DNA of 64,000 nt from Mycobacteriales bacterium. Its GTDB lineage: Bacteria; Actinomycetota; Actinomycetes; BP-191. This document shows, in pieces, positions 56,786 through 64,000 of the stretch. Position numbers and translations under genes: made by a program. The first letter of the stretch is position 1, and every line of letters begins with the position of its first letter. The notes under the pieces were generated by a model. That model was given only the letters and a program-made list of their open reading frames with translations, had not been told where the DNA came from and ran no database searches. The stretch is from contig DASTMB010000037.1 of the NCBI GenBank assembly GCA_035714365.1, forward strand, positions 159,647 to 223,646, written 5' to 3'.

Positions 56786-57184
56786 GTGACCGAACGCGCC
56801 GTGCCGTGGATCGCGGTAGGCCTGGTGGTCGTCGCCCTCGCCGGCGCGGCCGCCCTGGTCGCCGGACCCGCCCGCGGCGCGCGCGCCGACATCGCCCGCC
56901 AGCAGCGCGACGTCGCCGCGCAGCGCGACCTGCTGGAACGCCAGCTCGCCGCCGTCGAGCGGCAACGCGACCTGACCCGGGCCCAGCTCGACACGGCCCG
57001 CGCGCAGCTCGCCGTCAGCCGCGAGACGCGCGACATCGCCCAGCGGCAGCTCGCCGCCACCGGCACGCTGCTCGCGTTGCAACGCCGCCTGGTGGCGCTC
57101 GCCGAGCAACTCCTCGCGCAGGTACGGGAGATCAACCGGAAGACGCCCCCCGCCGGGGCGGTGACGAACGGAGTGACGCGATGA
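56786..57184 (+). CDS. Membrane-anchored coiled-coil protein (132 aa)
   Basis: TM helix WIAVGLVVVALAGAAALVA followed by QR/LA-rich heptad-like repeats. Confidence 0.45.
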   Translation: MTERAVPWIAVGLVVVALAGAAALVAGPARGARADIARQQRDVAAQRDLLERQLAAVERQRDLTRAQLDTARAQLAVSRETRDIAQRQLAATGTLLALQRRLVALAEQLLAQVREINRKTPPAGAVTNGVTR

Positions 57185-57369
57185 CGAAGCCTCAGCAGAA
57201 CGAGTTGCGGCGGTCCGGCAAGGGGGCTACCGACCAGAGCTCGGCCGAGCTGAAGCCGGAGGCCGGGCAGGAGCTCTCCACCAAGGGACGCGGCGGGCCC
57301 GTGCCGCCGGCGAACGAGCCCGGCTGGGTCGGCCGCACGGGTCCCGCCAAGAACTACCCGGACAAGTAA
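57181..57369 (+). CDS. Small hypothetical protein (62 aa)
   Basis: ATG overlaps the upstream stop (ATGA). Followed by a large hairpin. Confidence 0.35.
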   Translation: MTKPQQNELRRSGKGATDQSSAELKPEAGQELSTKGRGGPVPPANEPGWVGRTGPAKNYPDK

Positions 57370-57376
57370 CCGTCCT

Positions 57377-57461
57377 GGGGTGTCCGGTGGGGGTGGCGCT
57401 AGATTCCGCGCCGCCCCTTGGGCGGCGCTCCCTTTAGTCGCGCCACCCCCACCGGACACCC
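57377..57461 (+). terminator. Nested double hairpin: outer 23-bp perfect stem GGGGTGTCCGGTGGGGGTGGCGC / GCGCCACCCCCACCGGACACCCC enclosing an inner GCGCCGCCCC-TTGG-GGCGGCGC hairpin
   Basis: Directly read; lies 8 nt after the stop of 57181..57369. Far longer than a usual intrinsic terminator. Confidence 0.5.
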
Positions 57462-57507
57462 CTTTCCGTACGTGTGTTCGAGCGCCGTTCGCGGGTAGTC
57501 ACCCGGC

Positions 57508-57723
57508 ATGACGACGACGAATCAGGACGTCAGTCCGAACCCCGAGAAGGACCCGGACGAGTGGGTCACCGGTGACGAGCCGATGACCGGGCCGCAGGCG
57601 TCGTACCTGAAGACGCTGGCGCACGAGGCCGGGGAGGAGTTCGACGCGACGCTGTCCAAGGCCGACGCGAGCAAGCGGATCGACGAGCTCCAGGAACGCA
57701 CCGGGCGCGGCGCCGACGCCTGA
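57508..57723 (+). CDS. DUF3072-family small protein
   Basis: PMTGPQASYLKTLAHEAGEEFDATLSKADASKRIDELQ matches the DUF3072 conserved core. Confidence 0.55.
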   Translation: MTTTNQDVSPNPEKDPDEWVTGDEPMTGPQASYLKTLAHEAGEEFDATLSKADASKRIDELQERTGRGADA

Positions 57724-57783
57724 GCCCGGCAACGCGAAAGGGGTGGGCGCCGGGCGCCCACCCCTTCGTCGTCGCTGGTGTGG

Positions 57784-58380
57784 CTAGCGGCGGCTCTTGC
57801 CGGTCGGCACGTTGGTGCCGGGGACGCGGTCGACACGGCCGGCGCCGCTCACCTGCGGCGGCAGCAGCCCGCCCATCGGCTCGAACCCCTCCGCCTGCGT
57901 CTGCTCGTCGGCGACGCGGACGCCGTAGCGGTAGCTCATCTTGCCGCCGAGCCAGCCGGAGACGCCGAGCACCGCCAGCGAGACGACGGTGAGGACCAGC
58001 AGCCCCATCGGGACCTCGCGGTCGGTGCTGCCGAGCCGGGCCAGGAACGACGCGCCGAGGGCGACGACGACGAGGAGGTTCAGGACCAGGTGCGTCGTGG
58101 CGACGCGGTTCGCCTTGGTGCCCTTCTCGAGCTGCGCGTAGTCCATGAAGCCGAAGATCGCGGCGAGCAGCGCGCCGGCCAGGCCGACGCCGAGCGTGAC
58201 GGTGGCGGCGCGGGCGTAGCCGGTGCCGTTCCCGGCGGTGCGGGACGCGACGTCGAGCACGAGCGTCGTGACGAACGCGCCGATCGGCACGGGCACGAGC
58301 GAGGCGTGGAACGGGTGGCCGTACGGCCCGGCGAGCGCCGAGGCGGGCCGCTTGGCGCGGAGCTGCGCGTTGTTCTTCAT
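57784..58380 (-). CDS. DUF2231-like integral membrane protein
   Basis: Internal ATG (MKNNAQLRAK). HPFHASLVPVPIGAF motif and four hydrophobic helices. Confidence 0.5.
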   Translation of the reverse strand: MKNNAQLRAKRPASALAGPYGHPFHASLVPVPIGAFVTTLVLDVASRTAGNGTGYARAATVTLGVGLAGALLAAIFGFMDYAQLEKGTKANRVATTHLVLNLLVVVALGASFLARLGSTDREVPMGLLVLTVVSLAVLGVSGWLGGKMSYRYGVRVADEQTQAEGFEPMGGLLPPQVSGAGRVDRVPGTNVPTGKSRR

Positions 58381-58474
58381 CGACTGCCTCCGTGGCGGGA
58401 AACGCTGCTGCCCTGCGGCTACCCGCGCCGCGGTTGCGCCGAACGTCCCGCTTCGCCCGCTACGGTACGGCGGC

Positions 58475-59317
58475 ATGAGGACCCGACCCCGCCCCCTCCC
58501 CGCGCTGCTCGGCCTCGCCGCCGGCTACCTGTCCGCGTGGGGCCTGTACCACCTGATGCTCATCGGCTCGTGCTCGACACCGGCCGGGCCCGGCGAGACG
58601 CCGTGCCCGCCGGGCAGCGAGCGGTACTTCTTCGCGGTGTTCATCGGCATGTTCGGCGGCATCCTGCTCAGCGCCGCGGGCGGCGGGTGGGTCGCGTTCC
58701 TCGCGCTGTTCGGCGGCATCGGCGGCGCGGGCGTCGCGGCCGGGACGCACGGCGGCGAGGGCTGGTTCGTGTGGTTCGGGCTCTGCTTCCTGCTCACGCC
58801 GTTCCTCAGCCTGGTCGGCGCGGTCATGGGCGGCGCGAAGCGGATGCGCGCGGCGCGGCTGCTCAGCGGCGGCGTCCAGGCGATGGGGACGGTGCTCGCC
58901 GTCGACGACACCGGCGTCACCATCAACGGGAACCCGCGGGTGCGGATGCGCTTCCGGATCGAGCCGATGGGTGGCGTGCGGCCGCCGTACGAGGCGACGA
59001 AGACGGCGACGGTGCCGCGCATCGCGATCCCGCGCGTCGGCGACCGCTACCCGGTCTGGGTCGACCCGGACAACCCCGACAACTGGATGTTCGCGGCCCA
59101 CCCGCCCGGCCAGGAGCCGGCGCTGCCGCCGAACCTGCGCAAGGTGGTCGAGCTGGCCCGCCGCGGCAGCGCGCCGACGATGCCGCCGCCGCAGGCGACG
59201 TCGGTCGACACGGTGGCCGAGCTGAACACGCTCAACGAGCTGCACCTGACCGGCAAGATCAGCGCGGACGAGTTCGCGGCGCGGACCTCGGCGCTGCTGT
59301 CGCGCCCGGAGGCGTAG
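58475..59317 (+). CDS. Membrane protein with a DUF3592-like segment and a C-terminal SHOCT-like motif
   Basis: Multiple TM helices. GTVLAVDDTGVTINGNPRVRMRFRIEP. C-terminal LNELHLTGKISADEFAARTSALL. Confidence 0.5.
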   Translation: MRTRPRPLPALLGLAAGYLSAWGLYHLMLIGSCSTPAGPGETPCPPGSERYFFAVFIGMFGGILLSAAGGGWVAFLALFGGIGGAGVAAGTHGGEGWFVWFGLCFLLTPFLSLVGAVMGGAKRMRAARLLSGGVQAMGTVLAVDDTGVTINGNPRVRMRFRIEPMGGVRPPYEATKTATVPRIAIPRVGDRYPVWVDPDNPDNWMFAAHPPGQEPALPPNLRKVVELARRGSAPTMPPPQATSVDTVAELNTLNELHLTGKISADEFAARTSALLSRPEA

Positions 59318-59788
59318 GTGCACGCGAACGCCGAACGCGTCCAGGCGGCGCTGCGCGCGGCCGGGTGCGCGGCCGAGGTCGTGGAGCTGGCCGACTCGGC
59401 GCGCACGGCGGCGGAGGCGGCGGCCGCGCTCGGCGTCGAGGTGGGGCAGATCGCGAACAGCCTGGTCTTCGTCGCCGACGGCGAGCCGCTGCTCGTCATG
59501 ACGAGCGGCGCGAACCGTGTCGACACCGCGCGCGTCGGCGCGCTGCTCGGCGCGACGGTCGGCCGGGCCGACCCGGAGACGGTGCGGGCGGCGACCGGCT
59601 TCCCCATCGGCGGCGTGGCGCCGGTCGGGCACCCGGCGCCGTTGCGGGTGCTCGTGGACGAGGACCTGCTCCGCTACGACGCGATCTGGGCGGCCGCGGG
59701 CACGCCGCACACGGTGTTCCCGACGACGGGCGCGGAGCTGGTGCGGATCACCGGCGGCACCGCCGCCGCGGTGCGCGCCGAGCGGTAG
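59318..59788 (+). CDS. YbaK/ProX-type aminoacyl-tRNA deacylase domain protein
   Basis: ANSLVFVADGEPLLVMTSGANRVD ... GFPIGGVAPVGH matches the YbaK deacylase fold. Confidence 0.7.
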   Translation: MHANAERVQAALRAAGCAAEVVELADSARTAAEAAAALGVEVGQIANSLVFVADGEPLLVMTSGANRVDTARVGALLGATVGRADPETVRAATGFPIGGVAPVGHPAPLRVLVDEDLLRYDAIWAAAGTPHTVFPTTGAELVRITGGTAAAVRAER

Positions 59789-59789
59789 G

Positions 59790-62141
59790 TCAGGCAGTGC
59801 GGCGGCGCAGCCGCGCCGCCACCGCCGCCGAGCCGGCCGCCACGAGCGCGACGCCGAGCGGCCAGCCGGGCCCGCCGGTGGCGGGGATGCCGCTCCCGCC
59901 CGAGCCGGAGCCGGAGCCGCCGGAGCCGCCCGGCCCGCCGGTGCCTTCGGTACCGCCGGTGTGGCCGCCCGTGTCACCGCCGCCGGGCGCGGCGGGCGGG
60001 CCGGGCAGCACGAAGTCGAACGCCGCCGTCTCGTCGACCGGGTACAGGAACGTCCCCAGCTCCGGCACCGACACGCTGCCCATGGTGAACACCGTGCCGG
60101 AGTAGAGCCGGGAGACGCCGGGCCTGCTCGCGGGGCCGGCGACGGGACGGCCGTGCTCGTCCAGCGCGCCGGTCAGCGCCTTGAGCACCGACCGCGGCGC
60201 GGACAGCCGGATGATCCCGGCGTCCTGGTTGACCTCCAGCGGGACCTTGGTGGCGCCGGGGTACTGGAGGCACTTCGGGTCGGCGCTGGTGCCGAAGCAG
60301 GTGACCGAGCCGGTGGCGAAGTCGTCGAAGCCGCCGGCGAAGCCGCGCACCGGGTCCCAGTGCACCGACAGCGCCGCGGGCTGGTAGCCGTTGATCCAGC
60401 GGAACGCCCAGATCAGCGACGACGCGTCGGTCCCGGTCAGGGCCTTCTGCAGCTCGGCGCCGCTGAGGTCGGCGACCTTCATCGTCACCGTGATGCCGCC
60501 GTCGGCGACCGGCGCGCCGGTCTCCAGGTCGACCTGCGGGCCCACGTCGACGCGCAGCACGTCGAGCGCGGGCTGGTTGGCCTGCGCCGGCTTCGGCGGC
60601 GGCTCCGGCAGCGTCAGGCTGGACGCCGAGTACGGCGACTGCGCGTCGCCGTCCGGGTCGTCGGAGAACGTCCGCACGACCTCCTTGCGCAACGTCACGT
60701 CCTCACCGCCGAGGTTCGACGGGCCGGTGTTCTGGACGAGGACGTTCGGGATCGCGACCGGGCCGCTCGCGCCGTCGGGGACCTTGCCGGACTCGTCGTA
60801 GACGATGACGAGCCGGCGCCCGGCCGGGTCGAGCGCCATCGCGAAGAAGTCGGCCAGCGAACGGTCGCCGCCCGCGGCGCAGAGCAGGCCGGAGAGGCAG
60901 ACCTGGTCGTAGTGCATCGGGTGCGTCGTCGCCTTGACCTGCGTCCACACCGGGCTGGCGGCGCGCGCATCGAGGGTCTGCGCGACGTAGACGTCCCACG
61001 GCCCCTTGAAGTCCGGCGAGTCGGCGACGCCGCGCGTGGTGCTGCCGTACCAGGTCATCGCGACGCGCCCGGGGGCGCCGCTCGCGACGAGCCACGGGAA
61101 GACCAGCGTCCGCGTCGGCGCCCGCTCCACCGTGACCGGCGCGGAGAAGCCGGGGTTGGTGTCGGTGTCGGTGCAGGAGGCGAGCTTGGCGACCGGCAGC
61201 CACGCCAGCTGCGCGTGGAACGAGCCGGGCTGGCCGCCCTTCTCGCCCCAGCCGACGTAGACGTTGCCGTCGCTGTCCTCGTCGGCGACGACGAAGCCGT
61301 TGGTGGGGTCGAGGTCGGACTCGGCGACGAGGCACGTGGTCCACGTGTCGCCGGCGTCGGTGGACAGCGCGAGCTTGACGTTCGCGTCCTCGCTGAAGCC
61401 GAAGTAGACGAGCGGCGTGCCGGGGTGCGCGGTGTTGTGGGCGCCGTTCGTGTCGGCGTTCATCGGGCCGGGGAAGCCGTTCTGCGGGCCGATGTCGCGC
61501 TGCGCGGTCTCGCTGCACGGGCCGTACGCGTCGTAGGTGAGGCCGCCGTTGGTGGACTTCTGCACGACCAGCTCGCCGCGGCCGATGTCGTTGTAGGTGA
61601 CGAACGACGTCGTGGCGTCGATGAACGTCGTCCACTGCCGGTCCGTCGCGCCGGAGCAGGTGGTCGGCGTCGCGCCGAACGTCGCGCCGTTGTCCTCGCT
61701 GTGCGCGGTCGTGAAGTCGGTGTCGGCGAGGCCGACGTAGGACAGCGCGTACGTGCCGGTCTCCGGCCCGCCGGGGCCGTCCAGCTTCTTCTTGCCGGTG
61801 GACAGGTAGCAGTCGCCGCCGCCGCGGTCGGCGAGCTGCCCGCGCGGCGGCGTGCCGAGCAGGTGGAACTGGTCGCCGCCGTCGGTCGACACCTGCGCGT
61901 AGTCGGCGCCGGTCGTGAACCCGGTCGGGCCGCAGGTGTAGATGCGGCCGTCCGGGTCGATCTCGATGTTCGGCTCGCCCTGGTCGCGCTGCGGGTCGGC
62001 CGGCTGGGCCGGCCCGAACGACAGCGGCGCCGGCGCGGCGCTCGCCACCGGAACCGACGCGGTGAACGCGGGGAGCGCGGCGGGGGCGGCGAGCAGCGCA
62101 CCGAGGAGGGCGAGCCGGGCACGGCGGGAGGGCGTTGGCAT
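59790..62141 (-). CDS. Secreted BNR/Asp-box repeat (sialidase-like) beta-propeller protein with a C-terminal sortase-type anchor-like signal
   Basis: Internal ATG gives signal peptide MPTPSRRARLALLGALLAAPAALPA. Asp-boxes STDGGDQF, STNGGLTYD and STDAGDTW. C-terminal Gly/Ser linker, then IPATGG, then a hydrophobic helix, then RLRRRTA. Confidence 0.65.
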   Translation of the reverse strand: MPTPSRRARLALLGALLAAPAALPAFTASVPVASAAPAPLSFGPAQPADPQRDQGEPNIEIDPDGRIYTCGPTGFTTGADYAQVSTDGGDQFHLLGTPPRGQLADRGGGDCYLSTGKKKLDGPGGPETGTYALSYVGLADTDFTTAHSEDNGATFGATPTTCSGATDRQWTTFIDATTSFVTYNDIGRGELVVQKSTNGGLTYDAYGPCSETAQRDIGPQNGFPGPMNADTNGAHNTAHPGTPLVYFGFSEDANVKLALSTDAGDTWTTCLVAESDLDPTNGFVVADEDSDGNVYVGWGEKGGQPGSFHAQLAWLPVAKLASCTDTDTNPGFSAPVTVERAPTRTLVFPWLVASGAPGRVAMTWYGSTTRGVADSPDFKGPWDVYVAQTLDARAASPVWTQVKATTHPMHYDQVCLSGLLCAAGGDRSLADFFAMALDPAGRRLVIVYDESGKVPDGASGPVAIPNVLVQNTGPSNLGGEDVTLRKEVVRTFSDDPDGDAQSPYSASSLTLPEPPPKPAQANQPALDVLRVDVGPQVDLETGAPVADGGITVTMKVADLSGAELQKALTGTDASSLIWAFRWINGYQPAALSVHWDPVRGFAGGFDDFATGSVTCFGTSADPKCLQYPGATKVPLEVNQDAGIIRLSAPRSVLKALTGALDEHGRPVAGPASRPGVSRLYSGTVFTMGSVSVPELGTFLYPVDETAAFDFVLPGPPAAPGGGDTGGHTGGTEGTGGPGGSGGSGSGSGGSGIPATGGPGWPLGVALVAAGSAAVAARLRRRTA

Positions 62142-62236
62142 GGCTCCATGGTGCACCCCGCGGCCAGGTACGCGAACGCGGGCCGACCTGGCGACGCACC
62201 GGGCCGGCGATGGTTCCGTCGTCCGAGCGGCCGGCG

Positions 62237-62758
62237 CTACCCCTGCGGCTGCCGGTACTCCGGCCGCTCCGACGGGAAGTCGTCCGGGAACACAGCCACG
62301 ACCAGCTCTCCCGCGAGGACAGCAGCGAGGAACGCCGTGGCCGAGCCCGTGAAGGACACCCACTCCGGCCCCCGCGCGCCGTTCACCACGACCGGCCAGG
62401 TCCCGGCGTCCGCCGTCCCGCTCGTCAGCCAGTAGCAGACGTCCCCGTTGTCCGTGACCGCCCACGGCAGCAGCGTGTCGACCGGGTACGGCACCGGCTC
62501 GCCGCTCGCCGCGACCTCGCGCAACGCATCGATGCGGACCGTCCGCTGTCGCTCCAGATCCAGGTTCGGGTTCGCGGCGGACGGCTGGAGCACCCACAGG
62601 AACTCGTCGAACGTCCCGGGGCCGTAGGTGTCGACCAGTGCTCTGTAGTCGGCGGGGAGGCGGCCGACTCGCGCGGTCACGCCGGCCCAGTCGATCGTGG
62701 GCACGCTCGACGACGGCGGGGGCGGTACGACGGCTCTGAGCCGGTCGAGGTCACTCAT
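62237..62758 (-). CDS. SMI1/KNR4 (SUKH-1) family protein
   Basis: IDWAGVTARVGRLPADYRALVDTYGPGTFDEFLWVLQP matches the SMI1/KNR4 N-terminal signature. Confidence 0.6.
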   Translation of the reverse strand: MSDLDRLRAVVPPPPSSSVPTIDWAGVTARVGRLPADYRALVDTYGPGTFDEFLWVLQPSAANPNLDLERQRTVRIDALREVAASGEPVPYPVDTLLPWAVTDNGDVCYWLTSGTADAGTWPVVVNGARGPEWVSFTGSATAFLAAVLAGELVVAVFPDDFPSERPEYRQPQG

Positions 62759-62901
62759 CGGCTACGGCTCCCGTTCCTCACGCTGACGTCGAACGGTTCG
62801 CCTCCTGCCCCAGGAACCCTGCGGCCTTGACGGGCTGGCCACCCGTCACACCGTTCGCTACCCTCTTAGTTACCGACGGGTAACAACGGGAGCGCCGCAC
62901 C

Positions 62902-64000
62902 ATGAGCCACTACCGGAGCAACCTCCGCGACATCGAGTTCACCCTCTACGAGGTGCTCGGCACCAACGAGCGGCTCGGCCGGGGACCGTTCGCGGACATG
63001 GACCTCGACACCGCGAGGAACGTGCTGCGCGAGGTCGAACGGCTCGCCACGGAGGACTTCGCGGCGTCGTTCGAGGAGGGCGACCGGACGCCGCCGACGT
63101 TCGACGCGGCCACCGGCTCGGTGACGTTGCCGGCGGGGCTGCGCAAGAGCCTCGACGCGTTCTTCGGCGGCGAGTGGTTCCGGCTCGACCTGCCCGAGCA
63201 CCTCGGCGGCTACGGCGCCCCGCCGAGCCTGCGCTGGGCCTGCGCGGAGCTGCTCTGCGGCGCCAACGCCCCGGCGTTCATGTACGCCGTCGGCCCGCTG
63301 TTCGCGAAGATCCTCGACGGCATCGCGACCGACGAGCAGCGCAAGCGGTTCGTCGAGCCGATGATCGAGCGCCACTGGGGCGCGACCATGGTCCTCACCG
63401 AGCCGGACGCCGGGTCGGACGTGGGCGCCGGGCGCACGCGGGCGTTCCAGCAGGCGGACGGCACCTGGCACATCGAGGGCGTCAAGCGGTTCATCACCAG
63501 CGGCGACTTCGACTGGCCGGAGAACATCGTCCACCTCGTCCTCGCCCGCCCCGAGGGCGCCGGGCCCGGCACGAAGGGCCTGTCGCTGTTCATCGTGCCG
63601 AAGCTCTGGGTCAACGAGGACGGCAGCCTCGGCGAGCGCAACGGCGTCTACGTCACCAACGTCGAGCACAAGATGGGCCTCAAGGCGTCCGCCACCTGCG
63701 AGATCACGTTCGGCGACAAGGCCCCGGCGCGCGGCTTCCTCGTCGGCGAGGTCCACGACGGCATCGCGCAGATGTTCAAGGTCATCGAGTACGCCCGGAT
63801 GATGGTCGGCACCAAGGCCATCGCGACGCTGTCCACCGGCTACCTCAACGCGCTCGAGTACGCGAAGACCCGGCTGCAGGGCGCGGACATGACGCAGATG
63901 ACCGACAAGACCGCGCCGCGCGTGCCGATCGTGCAGCACCCCGACGTCCGCCGGATGCTCATGACGCAGAAGGCGCACGCCGAGGGCATGCGCGCGCTCG
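62902..64000 (+). CDS. Acyl-CoA dehydrogenase, long type (5' portion; continues beyond the window). Not in the ORF track because it has no stop inside the window.
   Basis: ATG at 62902. [21 protein letters not shown]-terminus typical of large FadE-type ACADs. [19 protein letters not shown] and GVKRFITSG motifs. Confidence 0.75.
   Translation, partial: MSHYRSNLRDIEFTLYEVLGTNERLGRGPFADMDLDTARNVLREVERLATEDFAASFEEGDRTPPTFDAATGSVTLPAGLRKSLDAFFGGEWFRLDLPEHLGGYGAPPSLRWACAELLCGANAPAFMYAVGPLFAKILDGIATDEQRKRFVEPMIERHWGATMVLTEPDAGSDVGAGRTRAFQQADGTWHIEGVKRFITSGDFDWPENIVHLVLARPEGAGPGTKGLSLFIVPKLWVNEDGSLGERNGVYVTNVEHKMGLKASATCEITFGDKAPARGFLVGEVHDGIAQMFKVIEYARMMVGTKAIATLSTGYLNALEYAKTRLQGADMTQMTDKTAPRVPIVQHPDVRRMLMTQKAHAEGMRAL

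Noticed and set aside
57778-62435. 775-aa and 972-aa plus ORFs, and a 498-aa minus ORF, over the membrane-protein and sialidase region
   Set aside because: Arg/Gly/Ala-rich alternative frames. Supported genes occupy the other frames.
1-64000. CRISPR arrays, rRNA genes, IS transposases, integrase
   Set aside because: No regularly spaced direct repeats of CRISPR type, no rRNA-like sequence, and no transposase or recombinase signatures (DDE, tyrosine or serine recombinase motifs) in any frame.

Overview
High-GC (roughly 70%+) actinobacterial DNA. Many long ORFs in the six-frame track are compositional artefacts, rich in Arg/Pro/Ala and overlapping real genes; I called genes by recognisable motifs, signal peptides, RBS and start/stop coupling.

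The left ~37 kb looks like a T4SS-type conjugative element of the kind found on actinobacterial plasmids/ICEs. Its backbone is a PAPS-reductase-family gene (probably continuing beyond the left edge), a split VirB4-like ATPase, a VirD4/TraG coupling protein, a 1223-aa MobF/TrwC relaxase-helicase, SSB, a ParB-like nuclease-domain protein, an ArdC-like antirestriction protein and a 1007-aa LysM/BTAD membrane protein. No integrase is visible in the window.

The cargo between the backbone blocks is unusual:
- A long minus-strand gene chain: Walker-A-dead ABC-like ATPase, then a 1007-aa secreted protein, then a PD40 beta-propeller, then a K+-channel-like protein with a canonical TVGYGD filter.
- Three ECF sigma factors, two of them with a TM helix and a C-terminal extension.
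- Two LuxR-family paralogs and a second PD40 propeller.
- An alpha-lytic-type S1 protease translationally coupled to a membrane protein.
- A tandem pair of small RHH-like proteins with a conserved NGW[RH]FWR motif.

A 15-bp dyad GATTCAGCGCGAATC recurs at seven or more intergenic sites across the element only. GTTGACCAG iteron arrays in opposite orientation flank the ssb-parB-ardC block; one array is next to the relaxase gene and is a candidate oriT.

A short low-GC stretch (~36.1-37.7 kb) carries a DUF3800 gene and a tRNA-3'-end-like remnant. It may mark the element junction.

The right 26 kb looks chromosomal:
- A DUF4190 pair and a STAS-sigmaB-type fusion.
- A galactose/glycan cluster with chained start/stop overlaps: galK, GH43-like, AKR, Zn-ADH, GH2, galT, M24 peptidase, GT, UGM-like flavoenzyme.
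- A second DUF3800, secreted proteins, an APH-like kinase, hemerythrin, SDR and three tiny coupled ORFs.
- A large nested hairpin, DUF3072, membrane proteins, YbaK, a cell-wall-anchored BNR/sialidase-like protein, a SUKH/SMI1 protein and a 5' acyl-CoA dehydrogenase fragment.

No rRNA, intact tRNA or CRISPR array was seen.
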